Positions 11,892 through 25,358 of a stretch of DNA of 64,000 nucleotides are shown piece by piece. Both the position numbers and the translations under genes were made by a program. Numbering within the stretch: position 1 is the first letter of the stretch; every line of letters begins with the position of its first letter. Source of the stretch: Lepidodermella squamata (taxonomy: Eukaryota; Animalia; Gastrotricha); the NCBI GenBank assembly GCA_047495785.1, contig JBLDXI010000002.1, positions 1,736,001-1,800,000 of the forward strand, in the 5' to 3' direction. The notes under the pieces are model-generated. The model did no database searches. It saw only the letters and a program-made list of their open reading frames with translations, and was not told the origin of the DNA.

Positions 11892-13064
11892 AGGCGCTGA
11901 TATGAAGACTAATTAATTTATCGATGAGAACTCTTTATGAAGTGATATTAAATTATGCTATCAAATTATGAACAGTATCAGAATTAAGGATAACATAATT
12001 TATGAGAATTAATAATTTTATCGCTGAAATGACCTATATTTTAGGGTCACTTAATTTTGGTGGAAAAAGCCAGGCTCGAAAATAAATTAATTTATTATTG
12101 CTGATTCAAGACTCATTCAGTTAAAACATTGGCTATAAATTGAAATGTTAGAAAAATGAATGAAGCGACCAGTAGACATGCCGCAATCGCGCTGTTTGGG
12201 AAAAAAACAGCATTGCCTTGCCGTTTAACTTCGACATCCACGGCCGGTTGACCTGGAACAATGCCGCAATTGGGGCATTCGATTTGCTGTTGAAGTGGTA
12301 TCGTCAACGGGTCCTTTTTTTTGCTTCGCATTTTTTGAATACCGTACTGCCCGAAAAAAAACTCAGGCTCGAATAAATGTCAGAGGTTATGGGCAATACT
12401 GAAGATCGCTAATTATAGCCATTCTTGGATAATTTCAATGGAGATAATTTCTACTCTTGGCACTTTAAAATTTTCGCCTACATATAGCTATTCGATTCGC
12501 CTTTAAAAACACGAGAAAAATTTCGCAACAAGGAATAAAATTGTGTAAGGTCGAATTAGCATATGCAAATGAGGTGTACAAATTTTGGACGAGATGTCCA
12601 AATTTTGAGGTTTCTTTACCTAATTTTTAAAAATCAAAGTGAGCCCCTAAATTCTCCATAATTTACCTGCCGATCCGGATTCCTCGGGGGAAGGTTTTGC
12701 AATTTTCTTTAAATTTTTTGGACTGAAACCACATTTTTAATAATTAAAAAACTTGTTTCGTGCAAAGTTAGGACCCATTACGGTACCTTCTGTGAATCAT
12801 ATTTAACCCAAAAATTGAAATAAAAAATCAGCAAATTGTTGATTGCTTGAGGAATTGGTTGAGGAATTACATTATCTGATGAGGGTAACTTGACTTTTGT
12901 AATAATAGAAGGCATATATTGTATTGTTCGACATTTTTTTATTAACTTGATTTTTCGATTTTTTAATAAAAAAAATCAGCATGGTGGCAAAGTGCATTCA
13001 AACGCCTCCATATGGTTGTATTACGAAGAACTATGGTATTTTAAAAACTATAATCATAATAAGC

Positions 13065-16000
13065 TCAAAATCTTGGTGGTCTTTCATATGTGTTATTGCT
13101 AACATCGGTTGAGCTGGTTTCATCCTCGTGCGTCAGTGTTACTTCACTAGCTTGATTAGAACTTGAATTTCCAGTATGGCCGCTATTATCAAAATGGCTA
13201 ACAACAGGAAGCAGTTCGTTGATAACCGGCAACGGTCTCGATTTAACAATGTCATGTAAAGCTGGAATTTCGTGAAGCTCAGGCACGAAAATTCGTTTAG
13301 CTGGAACACTGGCCACACTGGCTCCAGAACTCGACCAAGGGTTATGGAGGCGAGTTTTACCGTCAATACTCGCGATTTCCATGGCGAAAGTGCTGGCGAG
13401 GCGCCTTCGCTCCCGCTGCAGCGATTTGTCGATTTCTTTCGTGATATTCCTAGCATCCATCTCAGCCTCGGCTTTGGCGAGTTTCTTCAGCTCTTTCTCC
13501 TTTTTAGACAATTTCTTCTTCTTACTCTTCTTCGACTTTTTCGTCGGCGGTGGGCCTAGGTAGAGCAGTAGAACCGGAAAGACGACCAATGTGTGAAAGA
13601 CCGAAAGCATGATGCCGACGAAGAAGAAGCGGAAGCCGGATCGTAGGATGTACGAGTAGGAAGCGCCGAGGCTGAGAACGGCCAGCAACGCGGCAACTGT
13701 CGATTGCACGACGGCGAAACCGAACTCGCCCAGCGATTCTCGAGTTTTCGCATACCGCGTTTTGCCTTTCGTTGATACGTACGTTTTCGTCATGTGAGCC
13801 GTGAAATCGACGCAGTAACCCATTGTCAACATGATGTTTATCATCTGAAGGAAGTTTACGATTTTTTTTGAATTTAAGAAAATAATATTGCGAATTTTTA
13901 ACTCACGGCTATTTGATCAAAGTCGACGCCCCAGGAACAAGTTATGGTGATGACACCGACGGTTATGCTTCCTAGCATTACGGCGATCCAAAATATAGCC
14001 ACAGGATGCTGGAAAATAACGGTATATCAAGTTTCAAGTAGAAGGCAAATAAAAAAGCAATAATATCATAGAACAGAAGCGAAATCAAATAATTCTGAAT
14101 AGCCAAAAAAGTCTTCAAGATTTTCGGAAAAAAAATCTGAATAAATTACAATATATACATTTCTGAGTAATTTTTAGTACAGCGTGTCCTAAAATTTTTC
14201 AATTTGGCAACTTTTTTATTAGGAAATTCAACTAATTTTAGGTATCAAATTAAACCTGCTAATACCGAGAGAATATTCCTTCTTTTATCCACGCTTTAAC
14301 CGAAGAAATGAAAAATTTACCGGAGTAAACTGGTTCGGCAATTTTCGGAATTTTTACCCGGTTGGACCAAATATCTGCGGACTTTTTTAATCCCATTGAA
14401 AAATTACATACTTGATTAATTTTCTCGTAATATTTTTAATTTTTCTCAATTTTCTCTGGCCATGAAATATGACTTCCTCTCTCATTTTAGAGTTTCTGAA
14501 CCCTTTTCCGTGTATTTTCTTTGCTTGCGGTACGTATGGGACATATAGTATATAAGGCCTAATCATTAATTTGAGATATAGGCGTAATCTCGAATCCTGA
14601 TTTACCAAAATTATTCGAAAATGACACCTTTTGCTGTAATTAGCAAAAAACCCGTATACTGTATATATATCTATTAATTTTCGGTTTTGGAGATTTTGGC
14701 GCTGTAAATTTAATTTCGGTGGATTTGAATTCGGTTTTGGGTTGGCCGCTGAGGAAAATATTGATTTATTTTAATTAGAATTAATATTCGGTGGTTTTAA
14801 TTTCGGTACTTTTTGCAAAAACACCGAATTCTAAGATCAAACCGAATATTTAATGACCACCGAAAATTAGTAGATATACATTACTCATATATGGGGAGAT
14901 AAAAGTGTTGGTTTTTTTCGGATTTTTTTTATGCGAAAATTCAGCGGATGCCCTCAGAAACAAAACGACACCTGCAAATTTCAAATCCGAAGTCAAAGTA
15001 TTTTTTCAGTCAATCGGCTTGTTTTTAGAGAATACGCTTTCAAAGAGAAAAAATTCTAAAAAATCCTTGATAGCGCTTTCTTAACATCAAAACCTTTAGA
15101 TATCTAGACAATTTGGCTGTAATACTCTTAGACTAATTTCCAAGCTAGCGCTGAATAATCATAGGTGAGTATAAAAGTATATGACCTTTAAGGCCGCATA
15201 TTCATATGTGAGTAATTAAAAAGAACCTGATGCTATTTACTCATAGTTGAGTAAGCCTTTTGCCCGGTGGTGCTGTATACTCAAATACCCAGTAAATATA
15301 TAATATAATAATCTGGGGGTCGAATTGTTTGGTAAGTACATCGAAAAAACGAAATCTTAATGATAAAATGTTTGAAAATTGAGAAATTTCCACCGTAACC
15401 GATACCATTCGGATAAAAGTAAAACTCACCGGCATCATGAAAGCCGTAACAAGGAGTACAGCCGCCAATTGAACGAGGGTGTTGTAAACGACGATATAAA
15501 CAGTCTAAATTAAAAGAGAACAATTCACTTTTCCTTAATATATCCCGCTAATTGATCACTTACAGCTAGCAAAGGTTCAGTGTCTACAAACTCTCGAGAA
15601 TAGAACGCAGCGTGAACTTCCCTGTCAGCATGCTTCCGGCGAACATCTCTCAATCGTTTAATCAAATCTGCCGATCCTTCCAGGTCCTTTATTTCAACAG
15701 CTTGAAGCAGTAGTCGAGAGCAGACGATGGGCGGCAGCCTCCAGCCATTTATTTCTAGCTCGTAATCTGCGTAGTCCGACGCTAGTTGGTCGGCGAATTT
15801 AACGTCGTAGAGCATATCCTGACGCATGACTCGAGAGTCCATCATGTAGGTTTTCCGCAGATGATAAGTGAATGTCTCTTCCGTGGAAATGTTCAAATTT
15901 TTCGCCTTTGCATAGCTAACAAAATCGCGCAGCCAATTGCGGTTGATAATTTCATTCCCAATGCCTTGTACTTTGTTAAGGTCCTGGTAGAAATTTTCGA

Positions 16001-18723
16001 TATCGGCTTGAACAACGGGGTCCCAGTATTCGAGGCGGTAGTCGAAAATTACGTCGATCGGGAAGGAAAAGTTGCGGAAATACGCGAAATAGTAGTCAAC
16101 TTCATTCATCCCGCCGCCTTTCATATCAGGCGCTGTGTGCTCGAAGCGGAGACCAACGTGAATCCGCGTCGCCAAATAGCCGCAGACGCCAAAGTAGCAC
16201 GCGTAGATGATCATGACAATTATCGCTACTTTTGGCTGTAGCAAAAAAGGCGTGTAAATGTCGTAGAAAAAATGGCGCGATTTTTTCGACTGAGCCGATT
16301 CAGATTTGCCCTCTTCCAACGCCGATATGTCTGCCTTTTTTTTCTTAACAGCTTTCTTTCGATCACTTCCAGCGCTTTCTTCGAGAGTCGCGTTCGCTTG
16401 GACAATTGTCAATTCGTCCTCTTGGGACATGGTTGACTTTGGCGCAGTGCAGCACATTAAATAACAGACGCCGCCTTCTTTGTAATCTAAAAATAAAGAA
16501 AATTATCATTGACTGATCATCATTGAGAGTACTCGAACCGCCGTGAAAAATTCAGAAATTAGAAGCCCATTTTCTCAACAACCCTGATGGCTATCAACCT
16601 CTTTTTGATATCATTGGACTCCTCGTTCATTGATCTTGAAAGCGGTTTCAAAATCTCACTGGGTATGTCAAACATTTCGCCTAACCCCACTTTTACGGTC
16701 AATTTTAATTAAATTTTTTGAATAGCGTCGGTTTATTAAGGAGGAATTTGTTTACCTTCAATTGTTCGTGGCTTTATTTTGACACAGCAACATAAAGCGT
16801 GTTGGTTCTTTTTCTCTGATTGGGCCAGGAAAACCATGCAAGCCGGGAAAAGCGTCATTTGATACAGGAAATCAAACATGGCCGCAGCAAGGGAAACGTT
16901 TGAAAACACTTGTAACACCAAGAAAGAACTGGAGCTGTCTAAAAAAATTTAATTTAATTTAATTTAATTTTAACTTATTGTTTTTTACCGATGATGAAGG
17001 CCAGTGAGTTCATAAATGAAGTTACAGTTATTCCAGCCGCTGCTGTCCTCATCATAGCCGACATTCTCTTACGAACAATCCACTCTGGCTTACTGGCTCG
17101 ATACGCCTCGGTATACACGAAAACGTCATCGATACCAACGGCAAGCACAAGAAGGGGTATAGCGAAGCACAAATCGACGATTTGGTACTGAATCCAGCCC
17201 ATGAGGCCGAATGACGAAGCAACTCCAATGCAAGATGTCCCAACGCCGATAGGCCCAATCCATGGCAGAGTTCGATGAGCTGGGTAGCCGCGAAGAGTTG
17301 TCATTCCGGTGAAGAACATCAGGCAAATGACGCAAATAACAAGAAAAGGAATCAATCTAACGATTTCCATCCCGCTTCGATCTTGACGGCTCCAAGTTGA
17401 AGCTACGACCATTTCAAATTTATTGAGGCGGTGGAATGTCTTATTGTTAACGTAGCGCTTCTCGAGCCATTTCGTTACCTCTTGCGTCCAATTCATGACA
17501 ACATCGGCTAAGTCGTCGTCATCTTTCATGCAATAAAAAAACTGCATTGCCCCGATTCGTTGAACTTTGCTAGCCTTGAAGCCATTTCGCCACGTCTCGT
17601 TCGCATTGACAAGTTTAACCTCGCCGAAAATCGGCCCGCTCAACTGCGCCGTAGGCAGGTTCGAATCGAATGGGTAGTAAGTTGGATTATCACTCTGACT
17701 TTTCATTATATCCTGAAATAATTGCCGCTTTTCTGTATCGTTTTGCAATTCGAACAAAAAATCATTCTGCGCTTTGTACGTATTTAAGCCCAATTTTGTT
17801 AGAGAAGTACGAACGCCCTAGTGAGAAAAAACGTGAGAATAATTAAGGATGAAAGCTGAATGATGGATCTTACAGTTAATATTGAAAACTGAACGCAGCT
17901 TCCATCTGATCGGGTCTGGCAAATTTGCATGACTTTCGGGTCCGAGATGTTAGTTGAATAGAGGGCTGCGCGGAATTTTTGTATGGTGTAATTTTGGAAA
18001 GTTAAGATCGAGTCCAATTCAATTAGATCGTTCATCATGTTCGCATCTAAAAAATAACGGAAAAATTATCTATATTTAACTGTGCGCCATGTCTTCATAC
18101 AATTTTTGGAAAATAATATAAAACACAATTATAGGTATGGAAGGAATTATTTTCGTCAATTTTGACTCGCAAGAAATATCTGAAAAGTGATTTCAGGCCA
18201 ATAGAATTTGCAAAATTTGGTTCCGCTACGGCAAATTCTTAGATTGAATTTGGCTCACGTAAAATAAAGACCCTTTTCAAGATTTACCCAATATGCTGCC
18301 TGTTTTGTTCTTGGTCCTGATCATGAGTTGTAAATGAGGGCAGGTAGAATCCAGGCCAGCATCAGCGCCTACGCAAATCTTCGGCGTCTCGTTGCCGCAA
18401 TCGTAGGTTTTGTTACAATTTTCGCCATACTCATCACATCGGACACAGGAACAAACCGAATCGTAGCTGTTAAACTGAATTTTAGCCGTCATGTTGTTGA
18501 TGCCAGCCGAGCCGGACATGGGCCAAATTTTCAGGTCGTTGGTGAGGCGGGACAGCTGCATCATGCCCGGCGCCAGGATGACTGTTATCAGCAGAGGAAT
18601 GGCGATGAACCATACCGCCCGGTCGGCGATCAACTCGCCGTACCACACAAAGAACCGATCGACTAGTTTAGGGAAAGAGCTGAAAACTTTAAGGACGGGA
18701 TTCGGTTTTTTAGATTTGCCCAT
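13065..18723 (-). CDS. Patched-related (PTCHD3/Ptr-like, RND superfamily, sterol-sensing domain) protein A, about 8 exons
   Basis: N-terminal TM (YGELIADRAVWFIAIPLLI), SSD with PLLVLAVGIDDVFV..RMSAMMRTAAAGITVTS, FDFLYQMTLFPACM, second half with TMGYCVDFTAH and FHTLVVFPVLL. Confidence 0.9.
14180..14548. mobile_element. Second, inverted and more decayed copy of MITE family 1, in an intron of Patched-related gene A
   Basis: TA|CAGCGTGTCCT at left, degenerate TGGGACATATAG|TA at right; interior is the reverse complement of 11208-11597 (both give spurious ORFs with QAKKIHGKGFRNSKMR). Confidence 0.8.
14659..14882. mobile_element. MITE-like element, family 3
   Basis: CTGTATATATATCTATTAATTTTCGGT at left, ACCGAAAATTAGTAGATATACA at right; internal TTCGGT/ACCGAA repeats. 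Confidence 0.6.
16562..16702 (-). repeat. Dispersed repeat, family 4, intronic copy
   Basis: Reverse-complement match to 10645-10781. Confidence 0.72.
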
Positions 18724-19599
18724 AAAACTGAGCTGAGTAATTTCTATAAAATCGAGAGAAAATTAAGGATTAAATTGAGCTTATTCTTTCAGAAAAATGT
18801 GGGTAAGACTTCTCGCCCAATTAAATTCTCAACCAATAATTTCTTTTGTTATGCTGAACTCTACTCGAAACAAGAAGGCCAAATTCTGGCTTTTTAACGT
18901 GTTTGCGTGGGTAGGGTCGACCTCATAAAAAGCTCAATCCTGAATGCTGAATTCATCATCCAGCTTGATCCAGAAAATTGGTACATAAAAGATGTGGCAA
19001 GAAAACAGCGTAAATTCCGCTAAAATTGTTTCTGCTTTGCGGGGGAAATGGAAACCTATTATGTAACTAACGCTAAGCAAAACAAAATGCGTTTTACTAA
19101 GGCTTTAATCTTGTACTGAACTCGGTAGTAACAGGTCGTTTTTGCTAGCTCCTCAATCTCGACTCGTGAAAGGCTTTGTTTGCCGCAGCAAGGTGTGTAG
19201 TAACTGACGTGTACACGATTCTTCCAAGCAGCTTTTGTGTTTTTTGTTCGCTCAATTTTTTTATTACTTTAAACGCGTTTGTGCTCTGCTGTAACTCGGC
19301 CGCTGCGTGGACGCGCGTAAATAAAGCCTGCGCTATATGTTTTATCAATGACAATTTTTATTTCCCCGCTTGTGTCCGTAAAACAATGAATGGAAAAACA
19401 CACGCGCTTCATTCATAAAAAATACACAGGTAATTTTTTCTAATTATTTTACGGTTGAAATTTGACCGGCGTTAAGGCCATTTACAGGCACCGGCCGGCA
19501 GATTGTGGTTGAGCTCATATTTTTATGTATTCTATCATGTCAAGAAGAAAAATCCAGAAAATTTATTATCACAAACAAATATATCATTATTACAATTAA

Positions 19600-21258
19600 T
19601 TAGTAGTTTAGCATAAAACACAAAATGAGTAGTATTATTTGAGATGAAACGCTTTCAGGAGATGACGAGGACACCGTAACAGGATTCTTCTGTTCATTCA
19701 AAAAACTGGCCGGCAATTTTGAATTCCCATAATTCGCTTGAAAGGCTTTTGCCGCTCGGAGGAGGAGAGGAAATTTCTGCGGTGTAGTCATCATAAATAG
19801 CCCAGCTGGTAGACCCTGGGGCGCATCAGGCTGAGGATCGCTGAACCCGAGTGGAATAGTCAGTGAAGGATAGCCGGTCCACGAGGCGAGGAGGACCAGA
19901 TTGATAGGCGATTTTAAGGAGGACGACCAATCTTTCAAAAACGCGTCGCTGTCGAATTTTTGCGGGAAATGCGGCACAGTCGGCCAGATGACTAAATCAG
20001 CATCGGCTAGAATTGTATTCAGGCTATTTGAAATCAACGCAGATACAGCGCTTTTGAAGTCTGCGGCATCCTTTTCGCACTTTCCCGCAATTTTCGAGAG
20101 ATTCAACATCCTTGACCAAGCTTCGTGGTAAGGATGCGGCAGCCTCTTCGAATCAACAACTTGCTCGACGCTGTGATAAGCATCGCTGGTGAAACGATTC
20201 GGATTTGAGAAGTAATCATCGTGCCACATGACGATGCAACTGCTGTAGTCGATGGAGAACATTCGCAGTATCGAAGGACCAACGGCTGTGAAGTCAACGG
20301 TGATATTTTTCACTACAGCACCCATTTTGCCCATATTATCCGCAGCGATCGAAAACAGTTTCTGCATAGTTTCGTCAACTTCATAGTTGAAATATCCCAG
20401 CGTGAAGGTATCGTAGGCCATAAGTTCGAAAACATTGATTTTTAGGCCATCTAAACTATTTAAGGAGGATTTCGTGAACTCGCCATCTCTTCCTGTCATT
20501 GCCTCCATTATTACCATCGCGTCATCGAAATTTCTCGCAATCGGGCCGACTACGTCTTGAAATTCGCTTGCAACAAAAACACCTTCCCGGCAACTGCAGG
20601 ATTTCAGAAGTTGGACAGGGGGTCTTATTCCAACAACGTCAGTCGCCGAAGCTGGTAAATTAATCGAAACGCCAGTCTCAGTCGCGATGCCTCCAACAGC
20701 CAGCATAGCACTAGCAGCCACTGCATTGCCGCCACTCGAGCCGTAAGTCGTATAAGTCAACGCGTAAGGATTCCTAACCAAACCGCCAGTCTCGCTGTGG
20801 GCCCAAGCTTCCTTACCAGAGAGGGGCGACATATTTGCCTTGCCAATGAAAATCGCCCCACGATCCTTACAATTCCTCACCACAGTCGCATCTTGTAGTG
20901 GGATTTGATTTTTAAACACATTTAGACCGTTTGTTGTAGCTATTCCGGCGATGTCAATGTTATCCTTGGCGACAAGGGGCGCGCAGTGTAGGCTGCCTTT
21001 GAGTTTCCGATTGGATTTGAAGTAGGAATCGAGATCATCAGCTTCCTGCAAAGCCGTCGGGTTCGTGCTGATAATAGCACCCGTAAAACTGCTACCACCA
21101 TATTTTTCAATCCGATTCAGGTAGCCGAGAATAATTTGACGGCATGTTACATTGCCTTTAGAAATTGCCGCTTGTATGCCAGCTATTGTAGCTGTCGTTA
21201 AGTCAAATCCATTTGCATTAGCCAGTGATGAGATTAATAAATAGAGGAAAATGCGCAT
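19600..21258 (-). CDS. Amidase-signature family enzyme, intronless, signal peptide, possible GPI anchor
   Basis: LHCAPLVAKDNI (Lys), GKANMS, RNPY...YGSSGG (cis-Ser), ATETGVSINLPAS...VVGIRP (nucleophile Ser), DVVGPIAR, GYPSLTIPLG..GLPAGL; Ser-rich spacer and hydrophobic C-terminus. Confidence 0.92.
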   Translation of the reverse strand: MRIFLYLLISSLANANGFDLTTATIAGIQAAISKGNVTCRQIILGYLNRIEKYGGSSFTGAIISTNPTALQEADDLDSYFKSNRKLKGSLHCAPLVAKDNIDIAGIATTNGLNVFKNQIPLQDATVVRNCKDRGAIFIGKANMSPLSGKEAWAHSETGGLVRNPYALTYTTYGSSGGNAVAASAMLAVGGIATETGVSINLPASATDVVGIRPPVQLLKSCSCREGVFVASEFQDVVGPIARNFDDAMVIMEAMTGRDGEFTKSSLNSLDGLKINVFELMAYDTFTLGYFNYEVDETMQKLFSIAADNMGKMGAVVKNITVDFTAVGPSILRMFSIDYSSCIVMWHDDYFSNPNRFTSDAYHSVEQVVDSKRLPHPYHEAWSRMLNLSKIAGKCEKDAADFKSAVSALISNSLNTILADADLVIWPTVPHFPQKFDSDAFLKDWSSSLKSPINLVLLASWTGYPSLTIPLGFSDPQPDAPQGLPAGLFMMTTPQKFPLLLRAAKAFQANYGNSKLPASFLNEQKNPVTVSSSSPESVSSQIILLILCFMLNY

Positions 21259-21852
21259 GTTATTATTATTGGGCTGATTAATATAATAGGTGTGGTGCCA
21301 ATTTTTGTTTAATTCTTCTCGTGTTGTGTATGTGAGGTCTATTTTTTATTATCTAAGGCTGTCTGCGTGAAACCAAACACATAGACTTAAGGTCGATCGA
21401 TGAAACCCCAGTGAAAACTAACACCAAAGACTGTGAACGACGGCTTCATATTATTATTATCATCTGCATTTTACACAACATAGTCTACAATGCATGGGCG
21501 TCGTAGACAGCTGGTTGATTAGTCTAACTCCAACTAATAAAAAATAATGTTTTACTTGTGAATCAGCTAGATAAGATCACGTGTGTTCACACATTTAATT
21601 GACGTGAAAACCGCCGTGAAACGCCGTACAGGTCGTTACATCAAAATATCTGATGACATATTTGGCCTAATAATGCTTTTCCTGAAGGTCATATGGACAA
21701 CTTTCATGCAAATAAGGAAAGGCGAAATCTGTTTTTCTGGTTTGTGTTCCAGAAGTCAAACTTAGGACCAAGGTTACCTAGTTCATATAAATTCACATTT
21801 TATTGCTGTCATATTTATTAATGATAAATATAATCTTGTGGCAAATCACAGT

Positions 21853-24800
21853 TTAGTACGACGGTGGTCGGTCATAATTTGCAGAAATAATTGTTGACAA
21901 GGTTGATGCGGGTTCTTCTCGCTTCTCAACGACAACTTGCCGCTTTGCTTCTGTTTTCACAATCTCGAACAATTGAGGAAGTTTAGTAATTTGAGGAATA
22001 TAAGCTCTTTTGATTGGCCCAGTCACACCAGAAATATTGTCATTGTCAAAAACCACAGTTGCTATGCGGCTCTTTTTAGGTGGCTCCAGCGAATTTGAAG
22101 GTTCTGCTTCAACATCCCGCTTTGGATGATTGTGCTTCCTCTTACGCTTCCTCATATGCTTCTTCGGCTGTGGGCCGAGGTATAGCAGTAGAATCGGGAA
22201 AACAACCAGCGTATGAAAGACTGAGGTCACAACACCGACTAAAAAGAACCGGAACCCTGTTCGAAGAATGTAAGCGTACGATGAGCCAAGGGAGAGAACA
22301 GCCATGAGCGCCGCAACACTCGATTGGATAACAGTGAATCCGAACTCGGTGAGCGTCTCCTCGATCCTATCGTACCTTGTCTTTGCTTTTGACGAAATGT
22401 AGGTCTTTGTCATGTGAGCCGTGAAATCAACGCAGTAGCCCATGGTCAACATGATGTTAATCATCTGAAAAAATTCATTTGAATAACACAAAAGTTGTAT
22501 TGGAAGGGACTAATACCGAAATTTGGTCGAAATTGATCCCCCATGAGCAGGTGATTGTTATGACCCCAACTGTGATACTACTCAACATTATCGCTATCCA
22601 GAACAGCGCAACAGGATGTGGCATCATGATCCCCGTAACTAATAACACAGCGGCTAGTTGGACTAGAGTGTTGTAGACTACGCTGTAGACAGTCTGTGAA
22701 GGAAAAATAATACAATTGCTACGGATATCGTTCGGCAAACCTTACCGTTAGTAAAGGCTCAGTATCAACGAATTCTCTGGCGTAGAATGACACTTTCAAC
22801 CCGCCATCTGCATGCTTGTTATTCACCAGTTTGATTTTTCGGATAATATTGGCCGACTGCTCCAAATCTAAAATGTTCACCGCGTAAACCAACAGTCGAG
22901 ATGAGACGATTCGGGGTAGAGAGTAGTTTTTGTACTGAAGTTCCATTTCCTCATAACCAGGCATAAGTCTACTCGCAAATTTAATGTCATACAGCATATC
23001 CTGTCGCATGAGTCGCGTGTCATTCAGAAAGCCATGGCGTAGATACAGCAAGAAAGTTTCCTCAGTCGAAATATTGAAATTCTTCGCCTTGGCGTAATTC
23101 AAGTAATCCCTCAGCCAGTTACGATTGACAATATCTGGACCGATATGTGGCACCTTGAGCAAATCTTGGTAGAGGTCATCGATTTCCTGCTGGACCTCCG
23201 GCTTCCAATACTCCATTTTATCGTTGAAGATGACATCGATTGGGAAGGAGAAGTTTCTGAAGTATTTGAAGTAAAATTCAACTTCATTTAGCGCGCCATT
23301 TTTCCTATCAGGTGCTGTGTTTTCGAAACGTAGACCAACTTTGATTTGAGTAGCTAGATAGCCGCATAGCCCGAAATATCCCACGTAGAGGATCATGGCA
23401 GCGACTGATATCTTCGGGTTGAGCAGAAACGGGACGTAAATATCGCGAAAGAAATGAGGTTTTTTCGCCTCTTCCGTGGGAATCTTGGGTTTATCCTTCT
23501 TCTTCTTGCCACCATCATCATCCTGTATCAGGGTTTCTTTGGGAGCTGTGCAACAAATGATGTAGCAGGTACCATCCTCCTTGAAACCTTCAAGAAAGAA
23601 TATATTTTTTTTTAGGTAAATCAGGCGGGTAACTTACTTTTAACACTTCTTGGTCTTACTGAGCAACAACAAAACAAGGCATTGCGATTTTTCCTTTCAA
23701 CCCTGCCTAGAAGGGCAAGACAGGCCGGGAACAACGTCATTTGAAAAATGAAGTCGAAAAGGGATGCGGTGAGTGAAACGCGGGAGAAAACTTGAAGCAC
23801 GAGGAAGTTGCTCGAAGAATCAATGATGAAAGCCAACATGTTCATGAAGGATGTAACGACTATTCCTGCAGCGGCTGTTTTCATTGTTCTCGACATTCGC
23901 CGGCGAATCAACCACTGAGGCTTCGTACTTTGCCACGCTTCGGTATACACGAAAAGATCATCAATTCCAACAGCTGCAAAAGGTGTCAATTAAACTTCAA
24001 AAAGGATTAATCAAGGTTATTTTTACCCAAAATTAGGAGAGGTATAGCGAAGCATAAGTCGACGATTTGGTACTGCATCCAACCCATCAAACCAAATGAC
24101 GAACCAACTCCTAATATCGAAGTCGCAACTCCGATTGGTCCGATCCAGGGTAATGCCTTATGGGCAAACTGACCTTTCGATGTAGTTAGGCCGGAAAAAA
24201 TCATCAAGCAGACAACGCAGCTGAGGAAGTAAGGTATCAAGCGAACAATTTCTTCTCCGCTCTTGTCAACGCGAGACCATGTCGAAGCTGTCATTACCTC
24301 CAGCTTAGGATTCGTTGAATAGTTCTGCTCGATCCATTTGGCAGTCTCCCGCGTCCAATTCGCAACTTTATCTGCCATAGCTTCATCGCTGTTGAGACAG
24401 TAAAACATCTGCATGGCACCAATTGATTTTGTAACGCTAGCTTTGTATCCTACTGTCCAATTTTGGGTTTTGTTAACCAGTGTAACGTCGCCCCAGATCG
24501 GGCCACTGAAAACGGCGTTAGGAGCGTTTGAGTCATAAGGGTAGTAAGTCGGTTGATCGGCCTGGCTTTTTAGCATATCTCGAAATTGTTTTTCATTCTT
24601 CGGATCTTTGAGGTCGAATAGGAATTTATTTTGAGCAGCATAGCTTTCTAGACCTGGGAGCTTCGAGATTGTTTGCCTAATACCAGTTAGGACTGAAAAT
24701 TGAACACAACTACCATCATCTCGAGTCTGGCAAAGCTGCCAGTCTGTAACGTTGCTGGAGTAAAATCCTGGTTTGAATCCACTGAAAACATAACTACCGA

Positions 24801-25358
24801 AAGTTACATTCATATCCAATTTCATCAACTCGGAGATCATTTCAGAGTCTGCAAAGATTAAAGGTCATTAAGGCAGGTGAATTTTCGTTATTGGAGCAAA
24901 CCTGTCATGCTGAGTCGTGTAACGCCATTCTTCCCTTTAATCTCCCTACTTTTGATCATGATCTGTAGATGAGGGCAGGTTGGGTCGATTCCAGCATCAG
25001 CTCCTCGACAGAGTTTCGGAATTTCATTCCCGCATTTTGAAGTTCTATTGCAATTTTCGCCATATTCATCGCATCGGACGCACGTACATATCGAATCGTA
25101 GGAATTGAACTCATTCTTCGCACTTATGTTGTTGACGCCAGCTGAGGACCCGCTCAGAGGCCAAATTTTCATGTCATCCGTCAACCGTTGCAGTTGGAAA
25201 ATACCCGGTGTTAGAATGCAAGCGATTACCACTGGAACGGCAATAAACCATGTCGCTCGGTCTGCGATAATGCCGCCATACCATAGGAAAAATCTATCGA
25301 CTAATTTCGGAAATTTTCCGAAAATTTGGAGAAATGAATTTTTTTGTTTGCCAGACAT
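21853..25358 (-). CDS. Patched-related (PTCHD3/Ptr-like) protein B, close paralog of A, multi-exon
   Basis: YGGIIADRATWFIAVPVV, QYQIVDLCFAIPLLIL|AVGIDDLFV, FDFIFQMTLFPACL, YFRNFSFPIDVIF, TMGYCVDFTAH. Confidence 0.9.

Noticed and set aside
12113-12331. 72-aa ORF with CPNC and a hydrophobic C-terminus
   Set aside because: In-frame stop shortly upstream, no linked exons found and no family match; cannot be supported, though not excluded
11016-14608. Two similar ORFs (11016-11372, 14387-14608) sharing QAKKIHGKGFRNSKMR
   Set aside because: The similarity comes from two copies of a non-coding MITE, not from paralogous proteins
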